From an uncultured Eubacteriales bacterium (GTDB lineage Bacteria > Bacillota > Clostridia > Oscillospirales > Acutalibacteraceae), in contig CAKSEH010000009.1 in assembly GCA_934446475.1 (NCBI GenBank), positions 10,353-74,352 on the forward strand: DNA of 64,000 bases, given 5' to 3'. The notes beneath the pieces were generated by a model, which had not been told where the DNA came from, did not search any database, and was given only the letters and a program-made list of their open reading frames with translations. Positions 1 through 9,100 of the stretch are shown in pieces (the stretch's first letter is position 1; the number at the start of each line of letters is the position of its first letter). The position numbers and the translations under genes were made by a program.

Positions 1-2733
1 CTGAACCGTAAGTATTTTCTTTTCTGCATCGGTCCATCCGATGTTTTCGAAAGCCTTTATATTAGCAAGAGCAGGTCTGCCCGCAATACCCTGAATGGAC
101 TCCATTGCATAAGCATAATTTTCCTGGGTTTCTGCGCTTGCCCACCACTTTACAAATTCAAATGCTTCATCTGCAACGCCTCTGTCTTTTGCGGCTTTCA
201 GGATTATAGTACCTGTGCAGTCTGCGCTGACCGTACGGTCTATCGTACCGTCTTCCTTAGGAGTTCCCGGAACAAGTGTCATACCCCAGCGGCCCTGAAT
301 TTCCGTACCCACTGCGGAAATCTGCTGATAATATCCAGAGCTTGCAATTATTATCGGCATCTCACCGGAACGGAAACGGCTTAATATATTAAAGTCGGTA
401 TCGAGAGCATAATCACGATAAAGCTCAACAAGTTGTGTAAATGCCTCTTTGCCTTCATTACACTCAAAGTTAACCTGAGTGAGATCGTTGTTATAATACT
501 TACCGCCCTTTTGAAGTAAAAACATATTAAATATCGGAGCGGCTGCAGTTACGCCGGCGGTGGCAGCATCAGCCTCTTTGATACCGACATTGAACTTGTT
601 CTTTTGAAGTTCTCTTAAAACTTTATAGAAATCGTCCCAAGTCTGCGGGAGTTCAAGCCCTAACTTTTTAAGTATGTCGCTGCGATAGAACATAACATTA
701 AAGTCCTGTGTTATCGGCATCGCATATATTCCGCCCTCGTATTCAAACGGCGTCCAGGCAGAATTTTTAAACTGAGACATATACTCATCGTCAAGCTTAT
801 CTATATAAGGCTTTAAGTCAAGGAGCTGACCTCTGAGTGCCAGATTTATCGGCACATCCTGAGCAACCGAAAGGGATATATCAGGTTGTCTGCCGGCAAG
901 TATCGCCTCGGGAAGAGATGTTGCCGAAACTACAAATTTGATATTTACATTAGGATGATTCGGAAGATACTCTTCATCTATGAGATTCTTGACAGCCTGC
1001 GCCTGATCACGGCCGAGAGCTGTCCAAACAGTTACTGTTTTCTTACCCTTTTCTTCTCCCTGAACATATTTATCGGAGAATGAATATACAAATCTCTGCA
1101 ACTCGAACTTAAGGCTCTTCCAGAAACCGGCACCGGCTTTCGGTTTTTCGGTATCCGAAGAAGAAATATAAATACGGTCAAGCTCAAGCTGGAGACTGTT
1201 TATATCATAAGTCTGAGCAATATAAGAGTCTATTTCGCTTTTGAATGTTGAGAGTTCATCGACTATCGTACGATAGTTTGTTATCATACCGTCGAGCTTA
1301 TCTGCAAATTCCCTGAAGAAATATGTTTTTGAGTTTGCATCCCCGAGAATAGCGGTTACCATTTTATCTATTTTTGATATCTCGTTCTTTGCGGCTTTTA
1401 AATCATCAAGCAAAGTCGGTATCTCTCGCTGAATATTATAGTCACGCTCGGTATCGGGATTAACACCGGTTACCATTATGATCGACTGGTAAATGTCGTT
1501 AAGCATATCGATAGAACTGCTTATTTCGCCGAGCACCTCGCCGAGTTCGCCCGTTGTAGCCTCAAGGGTTAAAATGTCGCCGGGTTTCAGATAAAACATA
1601 TACGGATTTTCATCGCCGCCGGCGGTGCTTATGTACCAACTGTCCTTATATTCAAAGGGTATGCTTGCTGCTTCCTTAAACGGTATTACACCGTTTATAT
1701 AAACCGTTCTGAAGGTTGATACGCCTACAGAGCCGTTCTGTTTAGCTCTGAAGCGAAGTATATACATACCTTCTTTTAGATTATCGGGAACCTGCCAGGT
1801 CGCCCACTGACCCGAGGTATTCCAATAGCTCTGACCGAACGAGTTTACCTTATTAACCTTTGATGACTGCGGAGACATTCCCGAATTTGTGCTGTCTATC
1901 GTGGAAGCAAGCCTATTATCGCTCTTTTCAAGAACATCTTCCGCTTCGATTATATAATTTGAATTAGTAATAACCTTTTTATCCGAGTTGCTTTTTTTGT
2001 ACTCTTCATAAGAAACCGGAGCTTCATACTTTTTAAAGGAGATATTCGAAATCGCAACAGCTTCAAGCTGCCTTACCACTCTTAAAGTATGAGTACCTGC
2101 GGTGAGGGATACCGCAAGCGGATCATTATATGTTCCGGCAACACTTTTTACCCAAACTTCATTCCAACGGAAGTTTTCAACCTGTGTAGGTCTTACTTCG
2201 TTGCCGTCTTCATCCTTTTCATACTTAGCACCGCTATCGGTTTTTTTATCAACCCAAATTCTTGAAAGCTGGACATTTTCAAGCTCTTTGTATTGATATT
2301 CACCGTCAAGCATAAAGCCCACCTGTATGGTTCTGCCGGTATCTTCAACAGGACAATAATTAACGGAAATATTGTAAAGTCCCGCTTTTGCGACAGTGAA
2401 AGTGTATTCAACATAGGTGTTATTCTTATCAAGTGTATAGGCCTGTTTGCCGTTTACCTCTGCTGACGCAGCGCCCGAATCCGATGCAGAGAAATTGCCT
2501 GTTCCGACAACGATCTCGGAATCGGAATATGCGTTATCCTTGTTGCTGCTTAAGAAGTTACCGTACCCCGATTCTTCCCCGTCGGCAGTCAGGACAACCT
2601 TATTGTCCGAAACGCCGTTTTCAGCGGCAGACACGCAAAAGGAGGCCTGTAAGGCACTCATAGAAAGCAACGCTGCAAGAAACAGTGAGGCTATCCTTTT
2701 ACCTGTTTGTTTTTTTACTGACTTTTTTTTCAT
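1..2733 (-). CDS. Large secreted solute-binding-type protein: signal peptide, about 600 aa of N-terminal beta-sandwich/CBM-like and coiled-coil-like sequence, then a C-terminal family-1 extracellular solute-binding domain. The 3' end runs off the window.
   Basis: Absent from the ORF track because there is no stop inside the window. My own reverse-complement translation from ATG 2733..2731 gives MKKKSVKKQTGKRIASLFLAALLSMSALQASFCVSAAENG... I checked positions 1-600 codon by codon and found the frame stop-free. The last residues in the window (...ENYAYAMESIQGIAGRPALANIKAFENIGWTDAEKKILTVQ) look like a sugar ABC-transporter binding protein. Confidence 0.7.
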   Translation of the reverse strand, partial: MKKKSVKKQTGKRIASLFLAALLSMSALQASFCVSAAENGVSDNKVVLTADGEESGYGNFLSSNKDNAYSDSEIVVGTGNFSASDSGAASAEVNGKQAYTLDKNNTYVEYTFTVAKAGLYNISVNYCPVEDTGRTIQVGFMLDGEYQYKELENVQLSRIWVDKKTDSGAKYEKDEDGNEVRPTQVENFRWNEVWVKSVAGTYNDPLAVSLTAGTHTLRVVRQLEAVAISNISFKKYEAPVSYEEYKKSNSDKKVITNSNYIIEAEDVLEKSDNRLASTIDSTNSGMSPQSSKVNKVNSFGQSYWNTSGQWATWQVPDNLKEGMYILRFRAKQNGSVGVSTFRTVYINGVIPFKEAASIPFEYKDSWYISTAGGDENPYMFYLKPGDILTLEATTGELGEVLGEISSSIDMLNDIYQSIIMVTGVNPDTERDYNIQREIPTLLDDLKAAKNEISKIDKMVTAILGDANSKTYFFREFADKLDGMITNYRTIVDELSTFKSEIDSYIAQTYDINSLQLELDRIYISSSDTEKPKAGAGFWKSLKFELQRFVYSFSDKYVQGEEKGKKTVTVWTALGRDQAQAVKNLIDEEYLPNHPNVNIKFVVSATSLPEAILAGRQPDISLSVAQDVPINLALRGQLLDLKPYIDKLDDEYMSQFKNSAWTPFEYEGGIYAMPITQDFNVMFYRSDILKKLGLELPQTWDDFYKVLRELQKNKFNVGIKEADAATAGVTAAAPIFNMFLLQKGGKYYNNDLTQVNFECNEGKEAFTQLVELYRDYALDTDFNILSRFRSGEMPIIIASSGYYQQISAVGTEIQGRWGMTLVPGTPKEDGTIDRTVSADCTGTIILKAAKDRGVADEAFEFVKWWASAETQENYAYAMESIQGIAGRPALANIKAFENIGWTDAEKKILTVQ

Positions 2734-2795
2734 TACTTTCTACCAGTCCCTCTTGAAAATAATTTTATATCATAATTTATAAGGTTATTACCCTT

Positions 2796-2896
2796 AGTAT
2801 CGGACCCGAAGATTTTCGGGTCCGATACTAATTGCAATAAGTTTTATAATCGGTTATTGCGGGAACTGCTTTTTAGAGCAAATTCCCGCAATAACC
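2796..2896 (-). terminator. Two perfect stem-loops downstream of the dockerin-protein gene (possible terminators or palindromic elements)
   Basis: 15-bp stem 2796-2810/2815-2829 (agtatcggacccgaa/ttcgggtccgatact) and 14-bp stem 2852-2865/2883-2896 (ggttattgcgggaa/ttcccgcaataacc). Neither has a clean U-tract. Confidence 0.4.
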
Positions 2897-2933
2897 TTAC
2901 CTAAAGTTCAAAAACTTAAACTTTAGAGTTTGA

Positions 2934-5900
2934 TTATTTAGAAAGCTTATAATTGGGGTCAATAATGAATTTTGCTATTTCTGCAAAATCAGTTGCACTT
3001 ACAACCTCGTCGCCGTCAAAGTCGACCGCTGCAAGGAATATGCCGTTTCCGGCTGCTCCGGCTGCTGCCTTCTTTGCTCTTACAAGGTCACGGAGATCAA
3101 CTGTTCCGTCGTTATTGGCATCTCCGTAAAGCTGACCGTCAAGCAACGTGCCGTCTAAGTTAACCTTAGGAGTATTAACTGTCAAGCCGCCTCTGTCTGC
3201 TCTTAAGAACTTAAGGTTATCGATAAGAGCGGTTGAAGTGTTGTCATAAGCGCCGCCGAACTGAGCACGGATATAAAGCGGTTTTGAGATATCGCTGACA
3301 GTGCAAGCATTGCTTACAAAGTTTTTCATATCTTCGCTCTGTGCATAAATTGCGCCGCCGGAAGTAATATCATCGCCCATAATGTTCATCGTAAACTGAA
3401 CAGGTGATGATATATCAGCAGAAAGGTAAATAACATCGCCGTTGTTTATACCGGGGAGATAGAAGTTAGCTGTTCTCGCACCGTTATAATTTCTGTTGTA
3501 TACAACAGCCATCCGGCCGGCTTCATTTACATAAACACCGTCGTCCGAAAGGTATATTGTAGTCTGATCCTTTGCCATCCAATACTTAAGTCCCTCAGAG
3601 AAATCAAGATTCTTAGGAGTTTCAAGAGTATCAAATGAGTTCGAAGAATAGTTGCCTCCGCCTGCATACATACCTTTTTCTGCGGTTCCCCAGTAATTAT
3701 AGAGATCTCCATCTGCAATTATGTAGTCCTCGGTGTCTTCACTGCCTATATAGTTGAAAACATCCATCTTACCGGTTGAATTCTTCTTTGAGGTAAGAAC
3801 GCAAACATCTTTGACTTTGCAGGTACCGTTTGCAACATCCCCGAAAACCTGAAGTCTTACAGAGTAAGAAGCATAGTCTGCGGAATGGATAAGACTGACC
3901 GCATTTATCGGCGAAAGCGTCAAGCTGTCAGCTGCGCTTAAATTGTTTGTTGCCTCTAGAACCCTATTGCCGTTTGCATCAAATGCATCTACAGCAAGTT
4001 TAAAATTCACACCGGATGCGATATAATTTGCTCTTACATATATCTTATCTCCTGCTGCCAAACCCTTTGCAGAGAATCGGGCGGAAACTATATTGTTGTC
4101 TCCTGCAATATCATTTTTAAATGATATCATCTTTGTTTCAGAATCAAGTGTTACAACATCCGATGCAAAATAAGAATTCTTGTTTGATGTGCCTGCGCCC
4201 CAATACTTAAGTCCCTCAGAGAAATCAAGATTTTTCGGAGCTTCAAGAGCATCAACCGTATTTGAATAATTGAACTTATAGCCGTTAAAACCGTCAGCCT
4301 CGGAACCGTAAACATCGCCTGTGGAAAGATTTACGGGTGTTCCGTCAAGCTCGGTAACCGTGCCGTCCGAAAGGATCTTTACAAGTTTTACATCATCAAT
4401 ATCAAATGTGATATTGTTCTGCTCGGGAGCGATTATTATTTGCCATCTGTATGTTCCCGAAGAAGCCTGACCGGGATTTGTTCCGGCATTTCTTTCGAGG
4501 ACGGTAGCGGTTGTTTTAGCTATTGCGGTTGCCCAACCGTTTGAATCGGTTGTATAAACCTTATCTTCGCTGCTCTGAGCATATACCTTATGACCGGTGG
4601 CTCTGTCAAGAAGTTTAGCCTGAATTCTTCTGTCACCTCTGAATTTATAGAGAACCGACACGGTATCGCCGACAGAAATATATTTTTCATCGACAAGGAA
4701 GTGAGCCGTAACAAGACCTTGATATGATGCAGGAGAATTAACGGTTACATATTTATTGCCGTTTGCTTCCGTTTTTACGGCAGCAATATCGGACGGGTAA
4801 ACGGTGGGTTTGTCTGTGCTTGCTCCAAAGGTTGTTCCCCAGAACTTAAAGCCCTGTGAGAAATCGGCATTTTCAAGACCGTCATAGCTTGTAGGTCCGT
4901 TATTGAAACCTGTACCATTGTTGGATGTGGTACCCATACCGTTTTCTTCGGTTCCGAACTGGTCAAGATAAAGGTCTTTATAAAGTGTACCGTCGGGATT
5001 GTAAAGATATTCGTGAACGCCGTCCTTTACATACTTTACAATGTGGATATTCTTTACCCACATATCAGCGTCTTCAAGCGATGTGCCCGTTGCAGCACCG
5101 TTTTGAATCTGAACCGAAAAGGCATCGTTATCGGATGTCATTTCAAGAGAACCGGTCGTAGCGGTTACAAATCCGTTTGTTGCTGCCTTACGATTAATAG
5201 AAGCAGCTGTGTTTGTGCCGTCAGCCTTATAAATGGTAAGCCTGAAATCAACAGAAGTCTTTGAGCCCGAAATCTTATGATCGAGGACAAGACGAATCTG
5301 ATCGCCGGTTTTAAAACCGTCATAAGCGGTCTTAATCGAACTGATACCGTCGAACTGAGCTACGCCCTCTTTATAGGTTATGCATTTAACACCGTCAATT
5401 TCTTCGAGTGCAAACATATCGGAAGCATATCCTGCTCTGTCGCCCTTAGATGACCAATACATAAAGCCGTTGCTTAAATCGGCATTATTATAGGTGGGTA
5501 AAAGCCCAAGCTCATTTTTCGGAGTCGAGATACCGTTTTCAACAGTTCCTTCGTAAGGCTGATAATTAAGATGTTCACCGTAATATTTATTTCCGGTTGA
5601 AACATCGGTTGTTATTGCGAAATTTCCCGAACCTTCAACTGTGTAAAGAGCGTTACCGTCAAGATCATAAAGATTGCCGTCAACAACCTTAGCGAGTCTT
5701 ATATTATCAAAAGCTGCTGTTGAAGCTTCTGCGGATGTTGCCTGAAGCTGGAGTTCAAATATATAATCCTTTGTTGTATCGGCACGCTCGCCTACAGTGC
5801 CTCTGAGATTAGAATAAGCGGTTTCCCAACCGTTTAGCTTAGTAAGTATATTTTTACCGCTGACGGATATTGCCCTTGTGCCTGTTTCATCAGCAGTATA

Positions 5901-6389
5901 ATGCTGATCAATCCTGAACTGATAATTGTTATCGGTGTCTTCCTTATGGTCATAAAGAACAACAAGGTTATCACCGATGCTTATTTTGGACTGCGGAACA
6001 ACTATCTTATATGTAGCAAGTCCGTTCCACTGGCTGTAATTGTCTCCGAAATTAAACGCAACATAGTGGTTGCCGTTTTGTTCGGCAACTACCGAAGCAT
6101 AATCCGAAGCGCTTGTGGCTACATATGCACCGTCTGCCTTTAAGGGGCTTATCGGACCCCAATAAAGAAGACCGTTTTCGAAATCACCGTTTTGAATGTC
6201 ATTAAGTGTGATTTCCGAATTGTGCCAAAAATAATTTCTTGATACTGTTACGCCGTTCTCTGCGGTTCCTGCATAATCAGGAATTTCAGAGCCCTCGGCG
6301 AACACGTTTAAAGCGCCGCCGAATGCGGAAAGAACAAGCATAGCACTCAGCAACAAAGCCAACGCTTTTCTAATGGTGGATTTTGCCAT
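2934..6389 (-). CDS. Secreted modular protein: signal peptide, five CBM-like beta-sandwich modules and a C-terminal type I dockerin
   Basis: 1151-aa ORF with N-terminal signal MAKSTIRKALALLLSAMLVLSAFGGALNVFA. Module-opening motifs recur five times (NGDFENGLLYWGP, NADLSNGFMYWSS, NADFSQGFKFWGT, NLDFSEGLKYWGA, NLDFSEGLKYWMA). The C-terminus has duplicated Ca-binding loops, DANNDGTVDLRD and DFDGDEVVSATD. Confidence 0.85.
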   Translation of the reverse strand: MAKSTIRKALALLLSAMLVLSAFGGALNVFAEGSEIPDYAGTAENGVTVSRNYFWHNSEITLNDIQNGDFENGLLYWGPISPLKADGAYVATSASDYASVVAEQNGNHYVAFNFGDNYSQWNGLATYKIVVPQSKISIGDNLVVLYDHKEDTDNNYQFRIDQHYTADETGTRAISVSGKNILTKLNGWETAYSNLRGTVGERADTTKDYIFELQLQATSAEASTAAFDNIRLAKVVDGNLYDLDGNALYTVEGSGNFAITTDVSTGNKYYGEHLNYQPYEGTVENGISTPKNELGLLPTYNNADLSNGFMYWSSKGDRAGYASDMFALEEIDGVKCITYKEGVAQFDGISSIKTAYDGFKTGDQIRLVLDHKISGSKTSVDFRLTIYKADGTNTAASINRKAATNGFVTATTGSLEMTSDNDAFSVQIQNGAATGTSLEDADMWVKNIHIVKYVKDGVHEYLYNPDGTLYKDLYLDQFGTEENGMGTTSNNGTGFNNGPTSYDGLENADFSQGFKFWGTTFGASTDKPTVYPSDIAAVKTEANGNKYVTVNSPASYQGLVTAHFLVDEKYISVGDTVSVLYKFRGDRRIQAKLLDRATGHKVYAQSSEDKVYTTDSNGWATAIAKTTATVLERNAGTNPGQASSGTYRWQIIIAPEQNNITFDIDDVKLVKILSDGTVTELDGTPVNLSTGDVYGSEADGFNGYKFNYSNTVDALEAPKNLDFSEGLKYWGAGTSNKNSYFASDVVTLDSETKMISFKNDIAGDNNIVSARFSAKGLAAGDKIYVRANYIASGVNFKLAVDAFDANGNRVLEATNNLSAADSLTLSPINAVSLIHSADYASYSVRLQVFGDVANGTCKVKDVCVLTSKKNSTGKMDVFNYIGSEDTEDYIIADGDLYNYWGTAEKGMYAGGGNYSSNSFDTLETPKNLDFSEGLKYWMAKDQTTIYLSDDGVYVNEAGRMAVVYNRNYNGARTANFYLPGINNGDVIYLSADISSPVQFTMNIMGDDITSGGAIYAQSEDMKNFVSNACTVSDISKPLYIRAQFGGAYDNTSTALIDNLKFLRADRGGLTVNTPKVNLDGTLLDGQLYGDANNDGTVDLRDLVRAKKAAAGAAGNGIFLAAVDFDGDEVVSATDFAEIAKFIIDPNYKLSK
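3579..3611. repeat. Internal DNA repeat, copy 1 (identical 33-mer, encodes NLDFSEGLKYW)
   Basis: ccaatacttaagtccctcagagaaatcaagatt is identical to 4200..4232. Confidence 0.9.
4200..4232. repeat. Internal DNA repeat, copy 2 (identical 33-mer)
   Basis: Identical to 3579..3611; reflects recent module duplication inside the gene. Confidence 0.9.
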
Positions 6390-6693
6390 TTTGTTTTCCT
6401 CCTGAATAAATTTTTTAAGCGGGGACTTTCAGAGCCGCCTTAAATTACGTGGCTGCTCTCTGTTTTGAAAGTGATTTACAGCGCAGAACAACAACGGCAG
6501 GAGTGACCCTAACTCACAAAACGCAGAATGAAGTGCGCTGCAAAAAAACGCATATTTTGCCACATACACGCTTACACTTTATCACTTTACTACTATATTA
6601 TACAAGCAACTATACAATAAGTCAACTGATTTTTTAACACATTTGACAATTATTTTGCTGTTTTTTATAAATTACTTGTCATTGTGGATATTT

Positions 6694-6734
6694 AAAGATG
6701 CGACCCCTTAAAATACCAAAGGGGTCGCATCTTT
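6694..6734 (-). terminator. Stem-loop just downstream of the BNR-protein gene
   Basis: aaagatgcgacccctt / aaggggtcgcatcttt, a 16-bp perfect stem with a 9-nt loop, 4 nt after the stop at 6739. Confidence 0.55.
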
Positions 6735-6738
6735 GAGT

Positions 6739-9060
6739 TTATAGCTTATTTATTATTTCTTTGCTTGAAGGTGTACCATTTAAAATATCGTTTTCAAAAA
6801 GAGAGGTTAAAAGAATTTCCTTTGCATTATAACGCTCACGGTCATATATGATATATATTTTACCGTCCTTATCAACAAAAGCATCGGGATAAGAAACGTC
6901 AGCTCTTGCATCGATAACGTAAGGCTTACCGAAAGTGGCAAGTTCATCATCGGATATGCGGGCGATAAGGCCTTTTCTGCCTTCAAGCGAGCTTACAAGA
7001 AGAACCTTCCCGGAGTTTAGTCTTGTGACAGAAAACCGTGAATCCGCACCGGAAAGCCAATCTGCCGAAATATCGTTCCAGGACGCTCCCCTGTCTTTTG
7101 AAACAGAATAAAAAATTCCGGTTTTTGTTCTTGCAAGGAAATGCCATTTACCGTCTTTTCCTTCGATAACGGCAGGTTCGTCAAACCAGACAAGAGATTT
7201 TTTCTGCGGGCCCTCTATTTTATTCCAACTTTTCCCGCAATCCGAAGAAATATACAAACTGTAGTTATACTTTTCGTCACGGGTAAGGCTGTATGTACGT
7301 GTAAATTCGGGCGGTATCCAATCCCAGGAAGTCAAGAGCCATTCTCCTGTTGAAAGGAACTGCGGCTTGCTTATCATTGTTCCGTCACACCAGCGGACGG
7401 CCTTTTCAAACTCTGGGCGCTCTGCATCGGCATTTTTGCACTTCATAGCCCAAACGCCGTTCACGCCGTCATAAAAAGTCCACATCTGATCTATTCTGTT
7501 TAAATGGCTGAGTATACGGCATTGTGTATATGTAATATAAAGCTCGCCCGACGGAGTTATAAAGATTTGCGGATCGTAAACACGGTCAAAATGCTCATCA
7601 TCACCCTCAACGGTCATATAAGCGTCGTTCCAGGTCTTCCCTTCATCATCGCTGAAGCTTGCAACAATAAAGTTGCCGTATCCCGGTTCTTTTTCACCCC
7701 CGGAAAACCAAACTGCCCAGATTCTTCCGTCCTGAGTTTTTGCGACCGAGGGTATGCCCTGCCACTTTCTGCCGCTCTTCAGATATTTATCGTCAGTCGG
7801 GCGAACCGTTACCTTTGCCTGCTTAAGACTCGGAACGGGCGGATAGTAACCCTCATTATCGCCGAGCCACGGATTTTCGGGTTTTTTATCGGGAAATCTC
7901 GGGTTTTCATCCGGAACTTTGCTCATAATCCGCTTTGTGAATGACTTTTCACCGAAAAAGCCGCCCTTTTCTATATCCTCTTCGGTAAACCTCGACCAAA
8001 GTATTTCTCTTGCACCGTAACGCTCACGGTCATAAGCTATATAAATGCATCCGTCTGTATCCTGCATACCGTCCGGATAAGAAACATTGCGTCTGTCATC
8101 TAAAACGAGAGGTTCGCTCCACGATTCCATTTCGTCCTTTGATATCTTAGCGTACATTTTTTCTCTGCCCGTACCCGAATAAACGAGCAGTATGTTTCCG
8201 GACATAAGTCTGCGGACAAAAAATCTCGAACCGCCGGCCTCAAGCCAAAGCGGATCCCTATCAACCCAGGTATCGCCCCTGTCATAAGAAACGGCGTGGA
8301 GAATTCCTTTGTTTACCCTTGTAAAATAATGCCACTGTCCGTCTTTGCCCTCAAGCAGCATAGGTTCATCAAATTCAACAAGCTGGGGCTTATAGGGACC
8401 GTCTTTGCGTTCCCAGGTCTTACCCTCATCCTTTGAAATATACAGGCGGTAATAATACTTTGCCTCCGAATTATCACGCCCGAGGAAAGATTTTGTTTTA
8501 ACAAACTGTTCGGGCAGCCAATCGTATGCGGTGAGCACCCATTCTCCTGTAGAAAGAACAGTGGGTTGGTTTCTCGGATAGCCGTCACACCAACGGACAG
8601 GTTCTTCGAAGGTTATCTCATCACCGTCCGGATCGGGACACTTTATAGCCCAGGTGCCGAAAATACCGTCATAAAACGCCCATATCTGATCGGTAGGAAG
8701 AAGGTGATTTATAAGGCGGGTCTGCATATAGGTTATATACATTGCGCCGTTCGGGGCATAGAAGAGGTTCAGATCTATGGCGTGGTCGTGATGAGCCTCA
8801 TCTGCTTCAAGGAAGAAGAAATCCTTCCAGGTTTCTCCGTCGTCGTCGCTGTAAGCAAGGACATTGTAGTTATCATATCCCGGCTCCTTATGGCCGCCGG
8901 AAAAGTAAGCCATAAACAGTCTTCCGCCCTTGGTTTTAACTATCGACGGACAACCCTGCCACATACGGTTTTCAAGTTTATACTTAGGCTCAGTCGGGTT
9001 GATTTTGAAGGTTGCGGGTTTAAGGCTGGGTATCGGCGGATAATTGTCTTTAATAAACAT
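6739..9060 (-). CDS. Tandem-duplicated BNR/Asp-box beta-propeller protein (sialidase-like glycoside hydrolase fold), no signal peptide
   Basis: 773 aa in two homologous halves: YPPIPSLKPATFKINPTEPKY...WQGCPSIVKT... versus YYPPVPSLKQAKVTVRPTDDKY...WQGIPSVAKT... Each half carries SxDxGxTW-type Asp boxes (SDDDGETW, SKDEGKTW, SYDRGDTW / SDDEGKTW, SSDCGKSW, SKDRGASW). Confidence 0.75.
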   Translation of the reverse strand: MFIKDNYPPIPSLKPATFKINPTEPKYKLENRMWQGCPSIVKTKGGRLFMAYFSGGHKEPGYDNYNVLAYSDDDGETWKDFFFLEADEAHHDHAIDLNLFYAPNGAMYITYMQTRLINHLLPTDQIWAFYDGIFGTWAIKCPDPDGDEITFEEPVRWCDGYPRNQPTVLSTGEWVLTAYDWLPEQFVKTKSFLGRDNSEAKYYYRLYISKDEGKTWERKDGPYKPQLVEFDEPMLLEGKDGQWHYFTRVNKGILHAVSYDRGDTWVDRDPLWLEAGGSRFFVRRLMSGNILLVYSGTGREKMYAKISKDEMESWSEPLVLDDRRNVSYPDGMQDTDGCIYIAYDRERYGAREILWSRFTEEDIEKGGFFGEKSFTKRIMSKVPDENPRFPDKKPENPWLGDNEGYYPPVPSLKQAKVTVRPTDDKYLKSGRKWQGIPSVAKTQDGRIWAVWFSGGEKEPGYGNFIVASFSDDEGKTWNDAYMTVEGDDEHFDRVYDPQIFITPSGELYITYTQCRILSHLNRIDQMWTFYDGVNGVWAMKCKNADAERPEFEKAVRWCDGTMISKPQFLSTGEWLLTSWDWIPPEFTRTYSLTRDEKYNYSLYISSDCGKSWNKIEGPQKKSLVWFDEPAVIEGKDGKWHFLARTKTGIFYSVSKDRGASWNDISADWLSGADSRFSVTRLNSGKVLLVSSLEGRKGLIARISDDELATFGKPYVIDARADVSYPDAFVDKDGKIYIIYDRERYNAKEILLTSLFENDILNGTPSSKEIINKL

Positions 9061-9100
9061 CGGATGTTCTCCTTCTTGTGTGGATTTTTATAAATTCGGT

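Noticed and set aside
886-2782. Track ORFs 886..1083(+), 2102..2296(+), 2193..2432(-), 2433..2663(+) and 2447..2782(+)
   Set aside because: All lie inside, and antisense or out of frame to, the long uninterrupted minus-strand ORF 1..2733. Their translations are low-complexity, Cys/Arg-rich and non-protein-like.
7504-9093. Plus-strand ORFs of 146 and 175 aa (7504..7944 and 8566..9093)
   Set aside because: They are antisense shadows of the BNR-protein gene. They have no RBS and atypical composition, whereas the minus-strand product carries clear Asp-box motifs.
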